64,000 nt of DNA from Lentisphaeria bacterium (GTDB lineage: Bacteria; Verrucomicrobiota; Lentisphaeria; JABSQK01; JAWLHB01): NCBI GenBank assembly GCA_041690595.1, contig JAWLHB010000016.1, positions 62,001-126,000 of the forward strand. The letters run 5' to 3'. The position numbers and the translations under genes are program-made. Below, in pieces: positions 40,128-52,215 of the stretch. The notes below the pieces were generated by a model that worked only from the letters and a program-made list of their open reading frames with translations, was not told the DNA's origin and did no database searches. Within the stretch, counting starts at the first letter, position 1, and the number at the start of each line of letters is the position of its first letter.

Positions 40128-41507
40128 ATGACGTGCAAAATAGTCTTTGTGGGCGGTGGCAGCTTTCTGTGGACGGAACGCTTTGCCATCGACCTCTTTC
40201 TGAAGAAGCCGCTGCGAGGCAGCCGCCTGGTGCTGGTGGACAAGGATCGGGAGGCGCTCGACCTGGTGGCCGGCATCTGCCGCCTGGCCAACGAGAAGGC
40301 CGGCGCCGACTGGAGTATCGAAACCGCCGAGTTGGACGATGCACTTGCCGGAGCCCATTACGTGATTGTCTCCATTTCCACCGGCGGCCTGGAGGCATTC
40401 GAACTGGATTATCGCATCCCGGAGAAGTACGGCGTCTTCCATTCGGTGGGCGACACGGTGGGTCCAGCGGGCATTTCGCGGACCCTGCGCAACGTGCCTG
40501 TCTTCATCGACATCGCCCGCAGAATGGAACAGACATGCCCCGATGCGTGGATGATTCACGTGACCAATCCGCTGGCGCAACTGACGCGATGCGTCGCGAA
40601 GGCGAGTACCATCAAGGTGATGGGGCTTTGCCACAATTTCGAAGGAACCATGGGGGCCCTTGCCAAGTTCCTCGGAGCCGAGCGGCGGGAACTCCATGCG
40701 GAGACCTTCGGCGTCAACCACTTCACCTTTCTGCGCAACATGACTTGGCGGGGCGAGCCCTTCGAGGAGCGGCTGAGCGTGGACGCTTACCTGCGTTACC
40801 ACGAAGAGGTGCATGGGCCGGTGACCAGCGGCACGACCGATGACGAGATCAACGCCATGCTCGGCGGCAGCATCGACGACCGGCTCTCGTACCAGTTGTA
40901 CGATCGGCTCGGCTACTTCCCGGTGGGCGGGGCGGAGCACGTTGCCGAGAATTTTCCTTTCTTCCTGAACGATCCCGCGACGATTCGCCGGCATCGCATC
41001 CGCCGCAAGGGGGTTCTGCCGCGCCGGCAGGAAGGCAAGGAGCAGAAGCGCAAGCGTGTCGAAGATATCCTCGCGGGACGGGTAGCGATGAACGACCTCG
41101 TACCCAGCCGCGAAGCACTGGCGGACATCATTCAGGCGCTTCATGCGGGTGTCCCCTGCCAGGCCGTCGTCAACCTCCCGAATACCGGGCAGATCGAAAA
41201 CCTGCCGCCGGATGTCGTGGTCGAGAGCTGGGCGGCCATCGAGAAGGACGACGTCTCGCCGCTCCCGAGCGGCTCCGTGCCAGTCGTCCTCAAAGGGGCA
41301 CTCGAGTCCATCATCGCGGAGGAAGAGCTGGCCGTGGAGGCGGCGCTGACCGGTGATCGCCGGCTGGTCATCCAGGCGATGTTCGTTTCGCCCTTGCTGC
41401 ACGACAAGGACGCCGCCGAGGCGCTGGCCGACGAGTTGCTTGCCGCCCAGGCCGACTACCTGCCGCAGTTTCGCCGGCACCTGGTCGCGGAGGAGATCCG
41501 TCCGTGA
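40128..41507 (+). CDS. GH4 glycosidase (LplD/uronidase-like branch, variant CHNF motif)
   Basis: KIVFVGGGS, IPEKYGVFHSVGDTVGPAG, TNP, GLCHNF, GVNHF, NLPN.GQI.NLP. Confidence 0.85.
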   Translation: MTCKIVFVGGGSFLWTERFAIDLFLKKPLRGSRLVLVDKDREALDLVAGICRLANEKAGADWSIETAELDDALAGAHYVIVSISTGGLEAFELDYRIPEKYGVFHSVGDTVGPAGISRTLRNVPVFIDIARRMEQTCPDAWMIHVTNPLAQLTRCVAKASTIKVMGLCHNFEGTMGALAKFLGAERRELHAETFGVNHFTFLRNMTWRGEPFEERLSVDAYLRYHEEVHGPVTSGTTDDEINAMLGGSIDDRLSYQLYDRLGYFPVGGAEHVAENFPFFLNDPATIRRHRIRRKGVLPRRQEGKEQKRKRVEDILAGRVAMNDLVPSREALADIIQALHAGVPCQAVVNLPNTGQIENLPPDVVVESWAAIEKDDVSPLPSGSVPVVLKGALESIIAEEELAVEAALTGDRRLVIQAMFVSPLLHDKDAAEALADELLAAQADYLPQFRRHLVAEEIRP

Positions 41508-42952
41508 TGAACGGCTTGATGATCGATTGCTGCCGCACGCTCGAAAAGCACGACTATTATCACCGGCTCATCGATTTCATGGCCGACTGGAAGATGACGC
41601 ACCTGCAGCTGCATGTGACCGACAATCATGGGTGCGCCATCGCCATTCCGGGCTTCACCCATCTCGCCATGCCACATGCCTTCACGGCGGCGGACATCGC
41701 GGCACTCTGCAGCCATGCCGCCGACAGGGGCATCACCATCATACCAGAGCTGGAGACCTTCGGGCACAGTCAGTACCTCACCGATCATCCCGACTATAGC
41801 CACCTCTACGCCGGTGTGGACAAGGGGCCGGGTGAACAGAAAGGCGGTGGCATGAATCCCCTCGATCCCCGCAGCCTCGCGCTCATGCGCCGCCTTATCG
41901 ATGGCGTCATCGACCTTTTCCCGTCGCCCCATATTCATATCGGTTGCGACGAGGTGAAGATGGCCCACTTCCTGGAGGAAGAGGGAGTACGCGAGGAAGA
42001 TGCCTGGGCGGATTATGTGAATGCGCTGGCGGATCACGTGCGCCAGGCCGGCAGGACGCCCATTATCTGGGCCGACCAGCTCAAGAAGAAGCCCGAGACC
42101 GCCGCCCGGCTGAGAAAGGATATCGCGGTGATGGAATGGGATTACGAGGCTGACGCAACGGATGCGGCGATCGCGCGACTCCGTGAGCACGGTTTCGTGG
42201 AGGTGATGGCATCGCCGTCCATCATCTTCTGCCGCTATCGGATCTTCCCCACGGAGATCGCCCTCAGCAACACCCGTCGCATGGTACGCCATGCATTCCG
42301 GCACGAGCTGACGGGAGTCATGAATACAGCCTGGTGCCCCCATCGCTACCTGACCGGCGCCCTCTACTACGCCATCGCCTACAGCGCGTACCTGGTGGAG
42401 CATCGCGGCACCGTCGCCATGAGCGCCTTTCGGCAAGCCTTCGCCAGGTCGACCTTCGCCACTGACTGCAATCGGGCGCTGGAGCGCTTCCTCTCTCTCT
42501 GGCCACGGCTGAACATCCGGGATCAGCTCGCCAGAGCGCTCTGCGGAGAGGCGCCAACGACGGCCGAGTTGGAGGCGCAGCTGCGGGCAATCAACACCCT
42601 GGGACGCGAGGCGCTCCACCACGCGGCGCGCTTCAAGCCGCGGGCCAATCACGACATCTGGCACGCCATGGCCCTCTCTGCCCGCGTCGCCTGGATCTGC
42701 GCCGAGAGCCACTGCGCCGCCGACGACCCCGTCCGACGCGAGGCTTTCGAACGCGAGCTGGACACGATTATTGTGGCCGTCGAGGAGGAGTGGGATCGAA
42801 CCCGTCAGCCCGATGATCCGCACAAGTACACGCCGCACTTCAAAGAGCCTTGCTCCGCGTATCTCATACCGCTACTGTACACCCTCAGACAGCGGAGCCG
42901 GTCCACGCCGATGCATGACCCTGAAACGACACACACAAGAGAGACGACATGA
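41504..42952 (+). CDS. GH20 family beta-N-acetylhexosaminidase (catalytic domain only)
   Basis: GLMIDC.R, LQLHVTD, IIPELETFGH, catalytic HIGCDE, IIWAD, MEWDY. Confidence 0.82.
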   Translation: MMNGLMIDCCRTLEKHDYYHRLIDFMADWKMTHLQLHVTDNHGCAIAIPGFTHLAMPHAFTAADIAALCSHAADRGITIIPELETFGHSQYLTDHPDYSHLYAGVDKGPGEQKGGGMNPLDPRSLALMRRLIDGVIDLFPSPHIHIGCDEVKMAHFLEEEGVREEDAWADYVNALADHVRQAGRTPIIWADQLKKKPETAARLRKDIAVMEWDYEADATDAAIARLREHGFVEVMASPSIIFCRYRIFPTEIALSNTRRMVRHAFRHELTGVMNTAWCPHRYLTGALYYAIAYSAYLVEHRGTVAMSAFRQAFARSTFATDCNRALERFLSLWPRLNIRDQLARALCGEAPTTAELEAQLRAINTLGREALHHAARFKPRANHDIWHAMALSARVAWICAESHCAADDPVRREAFERELDTIIVAVEEEWDRTRQPDDPHKYTPHFKEPCSAYLIPLLYTLRQRSRSTPMHDPETTHTRETT

Positions 42953-44025
42953 GTACACCTGAGCGAAGCGCCAAGCGCGGCAAGATCAAAGTTGGCCTGG
43001 TGGGAATCGGACGTGCGGGATGGGGCATGCACCGCAACGAGCTGGCGAAGGTTCCCCGGCTCTTCTCGCTGGTGGCAGCCTGCGACCCCGATCAGCATCG
43101 CTGTGACCTCCTCGCGGAGGCGGTCGGCTGCCGCACTTATCCCACCATCGAGCAGCTCATTGCCGACGACGAAGTGGAGATGGTCGATATCGCCAGCCGC
43201 TCGCCCGAACATGTCGCCCATGCCATCCTGGCGCTCGAGGCCGGCAAGTTCGTCTTCCTGGAGAAGCCTATCGCGGTCAGCCACGATGAAGCCATGCGCC
43301 TCATGGTCGTGGCGAAGCGCTTTCCCGGACGCCTCTTCATCCGCCACAATCGCCGCTTCGAGCCCGAGTTCCAGCATGTGCGCGAGATCATCGACTCGGG
43401 CATTCTTGGCGATGTGCACACCATCAAGCTCTGCCGCAATGGCTTCCAGCGGCGGGACGACTGGCAGACCATCATCGCCTGCGGCGGAGGCCAGCTCCTC
43501 AACTGGGGCCCACACCTGGTGGATCATGCGCTGCGCCTTCTGGATGCACCGATCAAGGAGCAGTGGAGTCACCTCAACCTGATTGCCGCCGCGGGCGATG
43601 CCGAGGATCATGTCCGCATCGTGCTGAAGGGCGAAAACGAGCGCACCGTCGAGGTGCAGATCAGCGGGGGAACCGCACTGCCGGAGCCGCTCTATACGGT
43701 GCACGGTACCCGCGGATCCCTGATCTCCGCCGGCAACATCTTCAAGCTGCGCTACATCTCCCCCTCGCAGAAGCTGGAGCCGATCACCGCCCGGACCGCC
43801 AGCCCGCCGATAGACGCCAGCTTCGGCAACAAAGAAAAACTCAGGTGGATCGACAAGGAACTTCCCGTCAAGCCCAAGCACAAGGTCGACATGCAGACCA
43901 GCATCTGGAAGGCGCTCCACAAAGCCATCCGCGAGGGCGCGGAGTTCCCAATCACCCTCGAGCAGGCGCTCGCTGTCATGGAGGTCATCAGCCGGGTGAA
44001 GCAGGGCAGCCGCTTCGCGGGGTGA
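42949..44025 (+). CDS. Gfo/Idh/MocA family oxidoreductase
   Basis: VGLVGIGRAG, AGKFVFLEKP, HNRRF, GGGQLLNWGPHLVD. Confidence 0.92.
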   Translation: MSTPERSAKRGKIKVGLVGIGRAGWGMHRNELAKVPRLFSLVAACDPDQHRCDLLAEAVGCRTYPTIEQLIADDEVEMVDIASRSPEHVAHAILALEAGKFVFLEKPIAVSHDEAMRLMVVAKRFPGRLFIRHNRRFEPEFQHVREIIDSGILGDVHTIKLCRNGFQRRDDWQTIIACGGGQLLNWGPHLVDHALRLLDAPIKEQWSHLNLIAAAGDAEDHVRIVLKGENERTVEVQISGGTALPEPLYTVHGTRGSLISAGNIFKLRYISPSQKLEPITARTASPPIDASFGNKEKLRWIDKELPVKPKHKVDMQTSIWKALHKAIREGAEFPITLEQALAVMEVISRVKQGSRFAG

Positions 44026-44040
44026 CCTCTCCCTCGCCTG

Positions 44041-44103
44041 CAAGCTCTCGTTTGGAATATCTCTAAGCGAGAGCTTGACAATCGCGACTTGAACCTGTAT
44101 TCT
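44041..44103 (+). promoter_or_regulatory. Operon-end hairpin overlapping a sigma70 promoter for the next gene
   Basis: Stem caagctctcg...cgagagcttg (44041-44077) and TTGACA-N17-TATTCT (44075-44103). Confidence 0.6.
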
Positions 44104-44149
44104 TCGGCCACATCTTCAATGCGGAAATCGGGTCGGGGGATCTGACGAC

Positions 44150-45121
44150 GTGCAAACGTCCTTCTCATACATGCGGATAGTAGTGTTGTTGGGACTAATG
44201 GTACCCACTCTGCTCCACGCCGACACACTGGCGGCAGAGGGTAATCCAGTGCAGTGGGATGCACCTCAGCGGCTGGCGGCCAAGCTCGGCTCACGGCATG
44301 ACGGAGAGCGATTCGTCCTCCTTCATCAGCACGATTCGGCCATGGCCGGCGAGCTGGTGCAGGTGCTCGACCATACCTATGATGATTTCTTTCTCTACCT
44401 GCGCCGAGCCGGGCTCGACGTGACGGAACCCACGGATAAGTTGCAGATCCTCTGCTTTGCGGGATTGGGCGACTACCGCGACTACTCCCTCAAGGCGGAC
44501 TACGCCGACTTGTCGCGCCTCATCGGCTACTATTCAGCCCACACAAATCGTATCGCCCTCCACTGCCGGTTGGATCGCGACGCCGTCGGCATGGCCCAGG
44601 ATTTCGAGATGGTGCGCCATGAGGCAATCCACCAGCTTGCCTTCAACAGCGGCCTTCAGCGACGCGATGTGACGTACCCGATCTGGTTTGCGGAAGGGCT
44701 CGCCACCTTGCTGGAAGTGCCGATCGAGGCGAATGCCGGCATCGCTGTCGATCATCGCGCGAGGCGCAACGCCCTCCTCTCGCTCTACAATAACGGGCGC
44801 ATTCTGCCGCTCAGCCACTTCTCCATCATCACCCGCGTCTCGCGGGACTCGCATGACAGCTCCACTCAGGATATCTACAACCAGGCGTGGGGTTTCTTTG
44901 CCTTCTGCATGGCCGAACGCCGCGAGCAGTTGATCCGCTACATGCAGTTGATGCTGGACGCTCCTCCCGGGCCCGCCGGGCGCCGCCACCTGAAGGCCGT
45001 TTTCGAAGAGGCATTCGGCTCCACGAATCAGATCGAGAAGGATTGGCTCCATTTCCTTGGCCGCCTCGGCGAGGAGCAGCCACCCGAGCTGCATGTCGTA
45101 CAGGCTGAAGTCACTCCCTGA
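44150..45121 (+). CDS. DUF1570-like secreted zincin (HExxH) protein
   Basis: Signal-like N-terminus; GYYS..TNRI, VRHEAIHQLAFNSGLQ.R, P.WFAEGLA, Y.QAW. Confidence 0.78.
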   Translation: MQTSFSYMRIVVLLGLMVPTLLHADTLAAEGNPVQWDAPQRLAAKLGSRHDGERFVLLHQHDSAMAGELVQVLDHTYDDFFLYLRRAGLDVTEPTDKLQILCFAGLGDYRDYSLKADYADLSRLIGYYSAHTNRIALHCRLDRDAVGMAQDFEMVRHEAIHQLAFNSGLQRRDVTYPIWFAEGLATLLEVPIEANAGIAVDHRARRNALLSLYNNGRILPLSHFSIITRVSRDSHDSSTQDIYNQAWGFFAFCMAERREQLIRYMQLMLDAPPGPAGRRHLKAVFEEAFGSTNQIEKDWLHFLGRLGEEQPPELHVVQAEVTP

Positions 45122-45134
45122 AGACAGTGGAAAG

Positions 45135-45174
45135 AAAAAAGGCGTCGCCGCGGAGTGTGATCCGAAGCGACGCC
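45135..45174 (-). terminator. Rho-independent terminator of the PRC-barrel gene
   Basis: Minus strand reads ggcgtcgc..cgga-tcacac-tccg..gcgacgcc followed by TTTTTT. Confidence 0.7.
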
Positions 45175-45205
45175 CTGCTGGTGGCGTAATTGTCGCCTTA
45201 GGCGT

Positions 45206-47425
45206 TTATTGGTTGACGTCCGGCTGATTCACCTGAGGACTCCGCGGCTGGTTCTGCTGCCTGGTGTCCCGCTGGTTCCGCTGATTGTCCGGCTGGTTCA
45301 ACTGTCCGGCGTCTCGCTGCTGATTCTGCTGTCCCGCGGGCGCCTGCCGGTTCATGCGCTGATCGGTGCCCTGCCGGGGCTGCTGTTCGCGCTCGGCATC
45401 CCACTGCGGACGACCTTCGTCGTCGTAAAGCTGCAGCGTCCGCTGCTCGCTTTCTTCACCGGTGGTGATGGCGCCGGCCAGGAAGACCTGGCGATCGTTG
45501 ATGTTCGCCGGACTGCCTTTAATCGTCACCTTATCTCCGGGTCGCAGGCTCACGCCCTGCCGGTCGTACCAGCTGGTCGGACCCGCAATGACCGTATGCG
45601 TCTGACCGTCTTGGGTCTTGATCAACAGGCGGCGGCCCGGTTCCTCCGTGGTATTGAGGTTGAAGCTGCCGACACTCTCGACACTGCCGGTGATGGTCTG
45701 CACATTGCGCGGGTTGAACTGCTGGCTGTACATGCTGCGGCCGGACGTCCGGCTGCCGCTGGTGGCTTGCTGGTTGCTGCCGGATTCCGCCGGAGCATAC
45801 CCGTAGACCGTCGACTCGGTATTGTAGGAGCGATGGATGTTCTGCACAATCGCCATATCGCTCAGGTTCGGGCGCCGATCGCGCTCATAGGCATTTTGTA
45901 CCAAGACATCGGTGCGGGCGTTGATCTGGGCGAGGCGCTCCTGTGGCTGAACCTCGATCAACTGCCACGGCACGATCGTGGTATCATGCCGGATGTCGTC
46001 CAATCCACCGAGAGAGAGAATGGCAAATGCCGCTCGCCCTTCCCGGATGTCGACGAGGATGTCTTCCAACTCACCGATCTCGCGATTGCCTTCGGCCCGC
46101 GCCTCCAAACCGATCAGATCGGAAAGGCGGCGAGTCCAGAAGGTTTCCTGAGCGGTGCTGCCGCGGCGCATCAGGCTACGGTCGCGGCTCTCTTCGGCAT
46201 CCCAGTCATAGTGGTAGACGTTCTCGTCGCGCAGACGATTGGGGTCACTGCTTTCCGTGCCACTCGCCTGCCGGTAACGCCCTTCGCCTTCATAGCTCCA
46301 GGTGCCTTCGGTTCGGGAGAATTCGCGGTCGCTGCGATGCTCGACGCCACGGTCGCTGCGATACTCGACGTCACGATCGCTGCGATATTCCACGTCACGA
46401 TCGCTGCGCCGGGCGAAGTCACGATCGTCGTGAGCGCTCCTCACCCGCTGACGCGGCTCGTTTCCAAGGTCGGTCGCCCGGAAGTCAGTATAATCGCCGC
46501 CATCGCTCAGATCCCGCCGGCTGCGGTCTGCTGGAGCGCTGCGTTTGTAACTGTCATCCTGCGTGGCCATGGCCCGCTCCCTCGGCTGATTTCCGAGGTT
46601 GGTGCTCCGCGGGTCTCTGGCGTCCGGGTTGAACCACCGGCTGTCGCTGTCGCGGCGCTCGGCGCGGTACTCACCACGATCGTAGTCACGCTCGATCCCG
46701 ACTCGCTGCTCGCGGTCGATCTCGGTGCGGCTGCGGTCGCGACTCATCGCCTGCTGACGCTCGCGATCGTCATAATCGCTCACCTGCGGATCCCAGTCGC
46801 TCTGGCGATCGGTACGTAGCGAACGCGTGTCCGTTGCTCCTCCACGCCACTGGCTCGTATCACGCCCTTCCTGGCGGTATTCACCGGTTTGAACGCGCGC
46901 ACCAAACGCCTGGTCATTGCGGGCCTGCCAGCGCTGATCCGCCACATCCGGCCAATTATTCTTGTCGAAGCCTTCCGCACGCCCCAAGTCATCCTTGGAG
47001 ATGTTGAGGATCGCTTCGCCTTCCTGACCGAGGCCTTGGAAGGATTCCCATGGCACCGCATACAGCTTCTGGCCGAGGCCAAGGAAGCCGCCGCTCGCCA
47101 GAACCGCATACGCAATGCGGTTACCGTCAGACGTCAGCACGATATCGTCGATATCGCCCAGCTTCTCGCCTTGCGGCGACTTGACGTCCTTGCCGATCAA
47201 CTTGGACGCTTCCTGCAACTGCATCTGCATCTGAGATTGCCGCTGCGACTGCATCCGATGCTGCTGCGATTGGGATTGCGACCGTTGGGCCTCCACTTGC
47301 CGACTTTGCGTTCGAGATTGATCCTGATCCGCTCCCTGTTGAGCGGTGGCTACGGGCGCCATGCTGAACATGGTTCCCGCGGCCAGAGTGGTAACTATCA
47401 GCTTCTGCCATCTGTTCTTATTCAT
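45206..47425 (-). CDS. Secreted protein with two PRC-barrel domains, long R/D/S/Q-rich disordered linker and C-terminal OB-fold-like domain
   Basis: Signal peptide MNKNRWQKLIVTTLAAGTMFSMAPVATA; ASKLIGKDV.SPQGEKLGDIDDIV...YAVL..GGFLGLG.KLYAVPW; a second PRC LSDLIG...IGELEDILVD; RBS GGAG. Confidence 0.82.
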   Translation of the reverse strand: MNKNRWQKLIVTTLAAGTMFSMAPVATAQQGADQDQSRTQSRQVEAQRSQSQSQQHRMQSQRQSQMQMQLQEASKLIGKDVKSPQGEKLGDIDDIVLTSDGNRIAYAVLASGGFLGLGQKLYAVPWESFQGLGQEGEAILNISKDDLGRAEGFDKNNWPDVADQRWQARNDQAFGARVQTGEYRQEGRDTSQWRGGATDTRSLRTDRQSDWDPQVSDYDDRERQQAMSRDRSRTEIDREQRVGIERDYDRGEYRAERRDSDSRWFNPDARDPRSTNLGNQPRERAMATQDDSYKRSAPADRSRRDLSDGGDYTDFRATDLGNEPRQRVRSAHDDRDFARRSDRDVEYRSDRDVEYRSDRGVEHRSDREFSRTEGTWSYEGEGRYRQASGTESSDPNRLRDENVYHYDWDAEESRDRSLMRRGSTAQETFWTRRLSDLIGLEARAEGNREIGELEDILVDIREGRAAFAILSLGGLDDIRHDTTIVPWQLIEVQPQERLAQINARTDVLVQNAYERDRRPNLSDMAIVQNIHRSYNTESTVYGYAPAESGSNQQATSGSRTSGRSMYSQQFNPRNVQTITGSVESVGSFNLNTTEEPGRRLLIKTQDGQTHTVIAGPTSWYDRQGVSLRPGDKVTIKGSPANINDRQVFLAGAITTGEESEQRTLQLYDDEGRPQWDAEREQQPRQGTDQRMNRQAPAGQQNQQRDAGQLNQPDNQRNQRDTRQQNQPRSPQVNQPDVNQ
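46326..46421 (-). repeat. Intragenic 24-bp tandem repeat (4 copies, 8-aa SDRDVEYR unit)
   Basis: cggtcgctgcgatgctcgacgcca / cggtcgctgcgatactcgacgtca / cgatcgctgcgatattccacgtca / cgatcgctgcgccgggcgaagtca. Confidence 0.85.
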
Positions 47426-47505
47426 AATGGTTGCTCCTGGTCGATGTTTGGCAGTTATAGGGGTAGCGGCAGAGCAGACTGCCGACATTCGATAAAACTT
47501 ATGCA

Positions 47506-47522
47506 AGCATGGCCAATGCCAA
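47506..47522 (-). promoter_or_regulatory. Putative sigma54 promoter of the PRC-barrel gene
   Basis: Minus strand TTGGCAT-TGGCC-ATGCT has correct GG/GC spacing, about 80 bp upstream of the ATG. Confidence 0.5.
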
Positions 47523-47626
47523 AGCGCACCCGCCCCCGTCCCCCACCCTCTCAATCCCCTCATGCACCGACTGCGCGAAAGAGAAGATGAAGAGGATGCA
47601 TGCTCTTCTTTGTAAAGAGGCGCTAG

Positions 47627-49708
<2,082 letters not shown>

Positions 49709-49851
49709 CCCTGCCCTCCGCGCGCCCGGCCTGAAACTCCCCAGCCGAAGGTCGGGCGCGCCAGCCTCCTCCAGCTCCAGCTCCCCATACGGAAGCGCCC
49801 CGCTCACCGGTGAGGGCGGGCGGGGCGCGAATCTCTTGCTCTCAAGCGACC

Positions 49852-51090
<1,239 letters not shown>

Positions 51091-51291
51091 GATCTGCTCT
51101 CGCTACGGGGTTGGTGCTGCATGCGGTCAATAAAGTGATCTCTGCCGCCGTAATGGTGCCGCCTTACCAGGTTCCCAGGAAGGACCGCACGCTCGAAAAC
51201 GGTAATATACCATAAGTTGACAGGAATGATGCTCTTACCGTGCCGTTTCACACAAATCGACCACCGGACACTCCATCGTCCCTGCCGCCCA

Positions 51292-52077
51292 TTACGCCAT
51301 GGCGGCAGGTCGCGGAATCGGCACATCCACCCGCCTGCCATCGCGCAGGACAGGCCAGCGGTCACCGCACGGCTCGCCGTTCGACGCCAGCCGCACGTCA
51401 GGCACATGGTACTGCGGCACATACCCGCGCCGCAACCCCCGGCTCGTATTCGGACCGCTCATGTGCAGCGTCAGCGAACTGAAGAATGCCACCTGCCCCG
51501 CCTTCATTTCCACCGGGATCTTGCCGCTCTCGTCGGGCACGATCGCATTCTTGCCGCTATAGGTGCCCGTATCTCCATCCTCGTACACATGCTCCAGCAG
51601 CCCCCACCGATGCGAACCCGGAATCACCCAGATGCAGCCATTCCCCAGATTAGAGTCGTTGACCGCTGTCCAGCAGGTGATGTACCGCAGCGGCACGGTC
51701 TCCACGTAGCCGGAATCCTGGTGCCACTTGAAGGTCCGGCCGCGTCCCTTCCCCGGCACCTTCACCGCCGCCTGGTTGTAGTACAGATCCGCGTCCGCAC
51801 CGATCAGGTGACGGCAAGCCTCCAGGTAGACTGGATGCTTCGCAAACTCCGCCGCCACCGCGCTCAGCGTATGCAATTGCCCGTAGGCCCGCCGCCCGCG
51901 CGCCTCCTCCAGTTGCGCCGCATCCCCCGTCGCGGCCGCCGCCACCACCCCTTCCGCGTAGATACGGTCCATCTCATCCGCCAGCGCCTGCAACCGCGGC
52001 GCCTCGATCACCACATCCGTCACAAAATAGCCCACCTCCTCGAACTGCTCCAGATCCGCCTCGTTCATGTACTCCAT
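51292..52077 (-). CDS. Phytanoyl-CoA dioxygenase (PhyH) family Fe/2OG oxygenase
   Basis: F.E.GY, WHQD, ITCW.A..D....NGC..VIPGSH, KAGQV.FF...TLH.SGPN.S...RR. Confidence 0.88.
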   Translation of the reverse strand: MEYMNEADLEQFEEVGYFVTDVVIEAPRLQALADEMDRIYAEGVVAAAATGDAAQLEEARGRRAYGQLHTLSAVAAEFAKHPVYLEACRHLIGADADLYYNQAAVKVPGKGRGRTFKWHQDSGYVETVPLRYITCWTAVNDSNLGNGCIWVIPGSHRWGLLEHVYEDGDTGTYSGKNAIVPDESGKIPVEMKAGQVAFFSSLTLHMSGPNTSRGLRRGYVPQYHVPDVRLASNGEPCGDRWPVLRDGRRVDVPIPRPAAMA

Positions 52078-52156
52078 CTTTCCGCCTCCATGGTTCTCAT
52101 ACTAAATCGCCATCCGCCACCGAAGGCAATACCCCCTCTTTCTCCGTCGATTCTAC

Positions 52157-52214
52157 TTGACCCATCCCCATCCGGATCATACAGTACGATCCACAACCCA
52201 CTTGGTGTATACAC
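52157..52214 (+). promoter_or_regulatory. Sigma70-like promoter plus palindrome immediately before the second GntR-LacI gene
   Basis: TTGACC-N17-TACAGT (52157-52185) and perfect palindrome GTGTATACAC (52205-52214). Confidence 0.5.
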
Positions 52215-52215
52215 A

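Noticed and set aside
51217..52215. N-terminal extension making the regulator 691 aa
   Set aside because: It overlaps the PhyH gene on the opposite strand. The GntR domain begins at ATG 52216, behind its own promoter.
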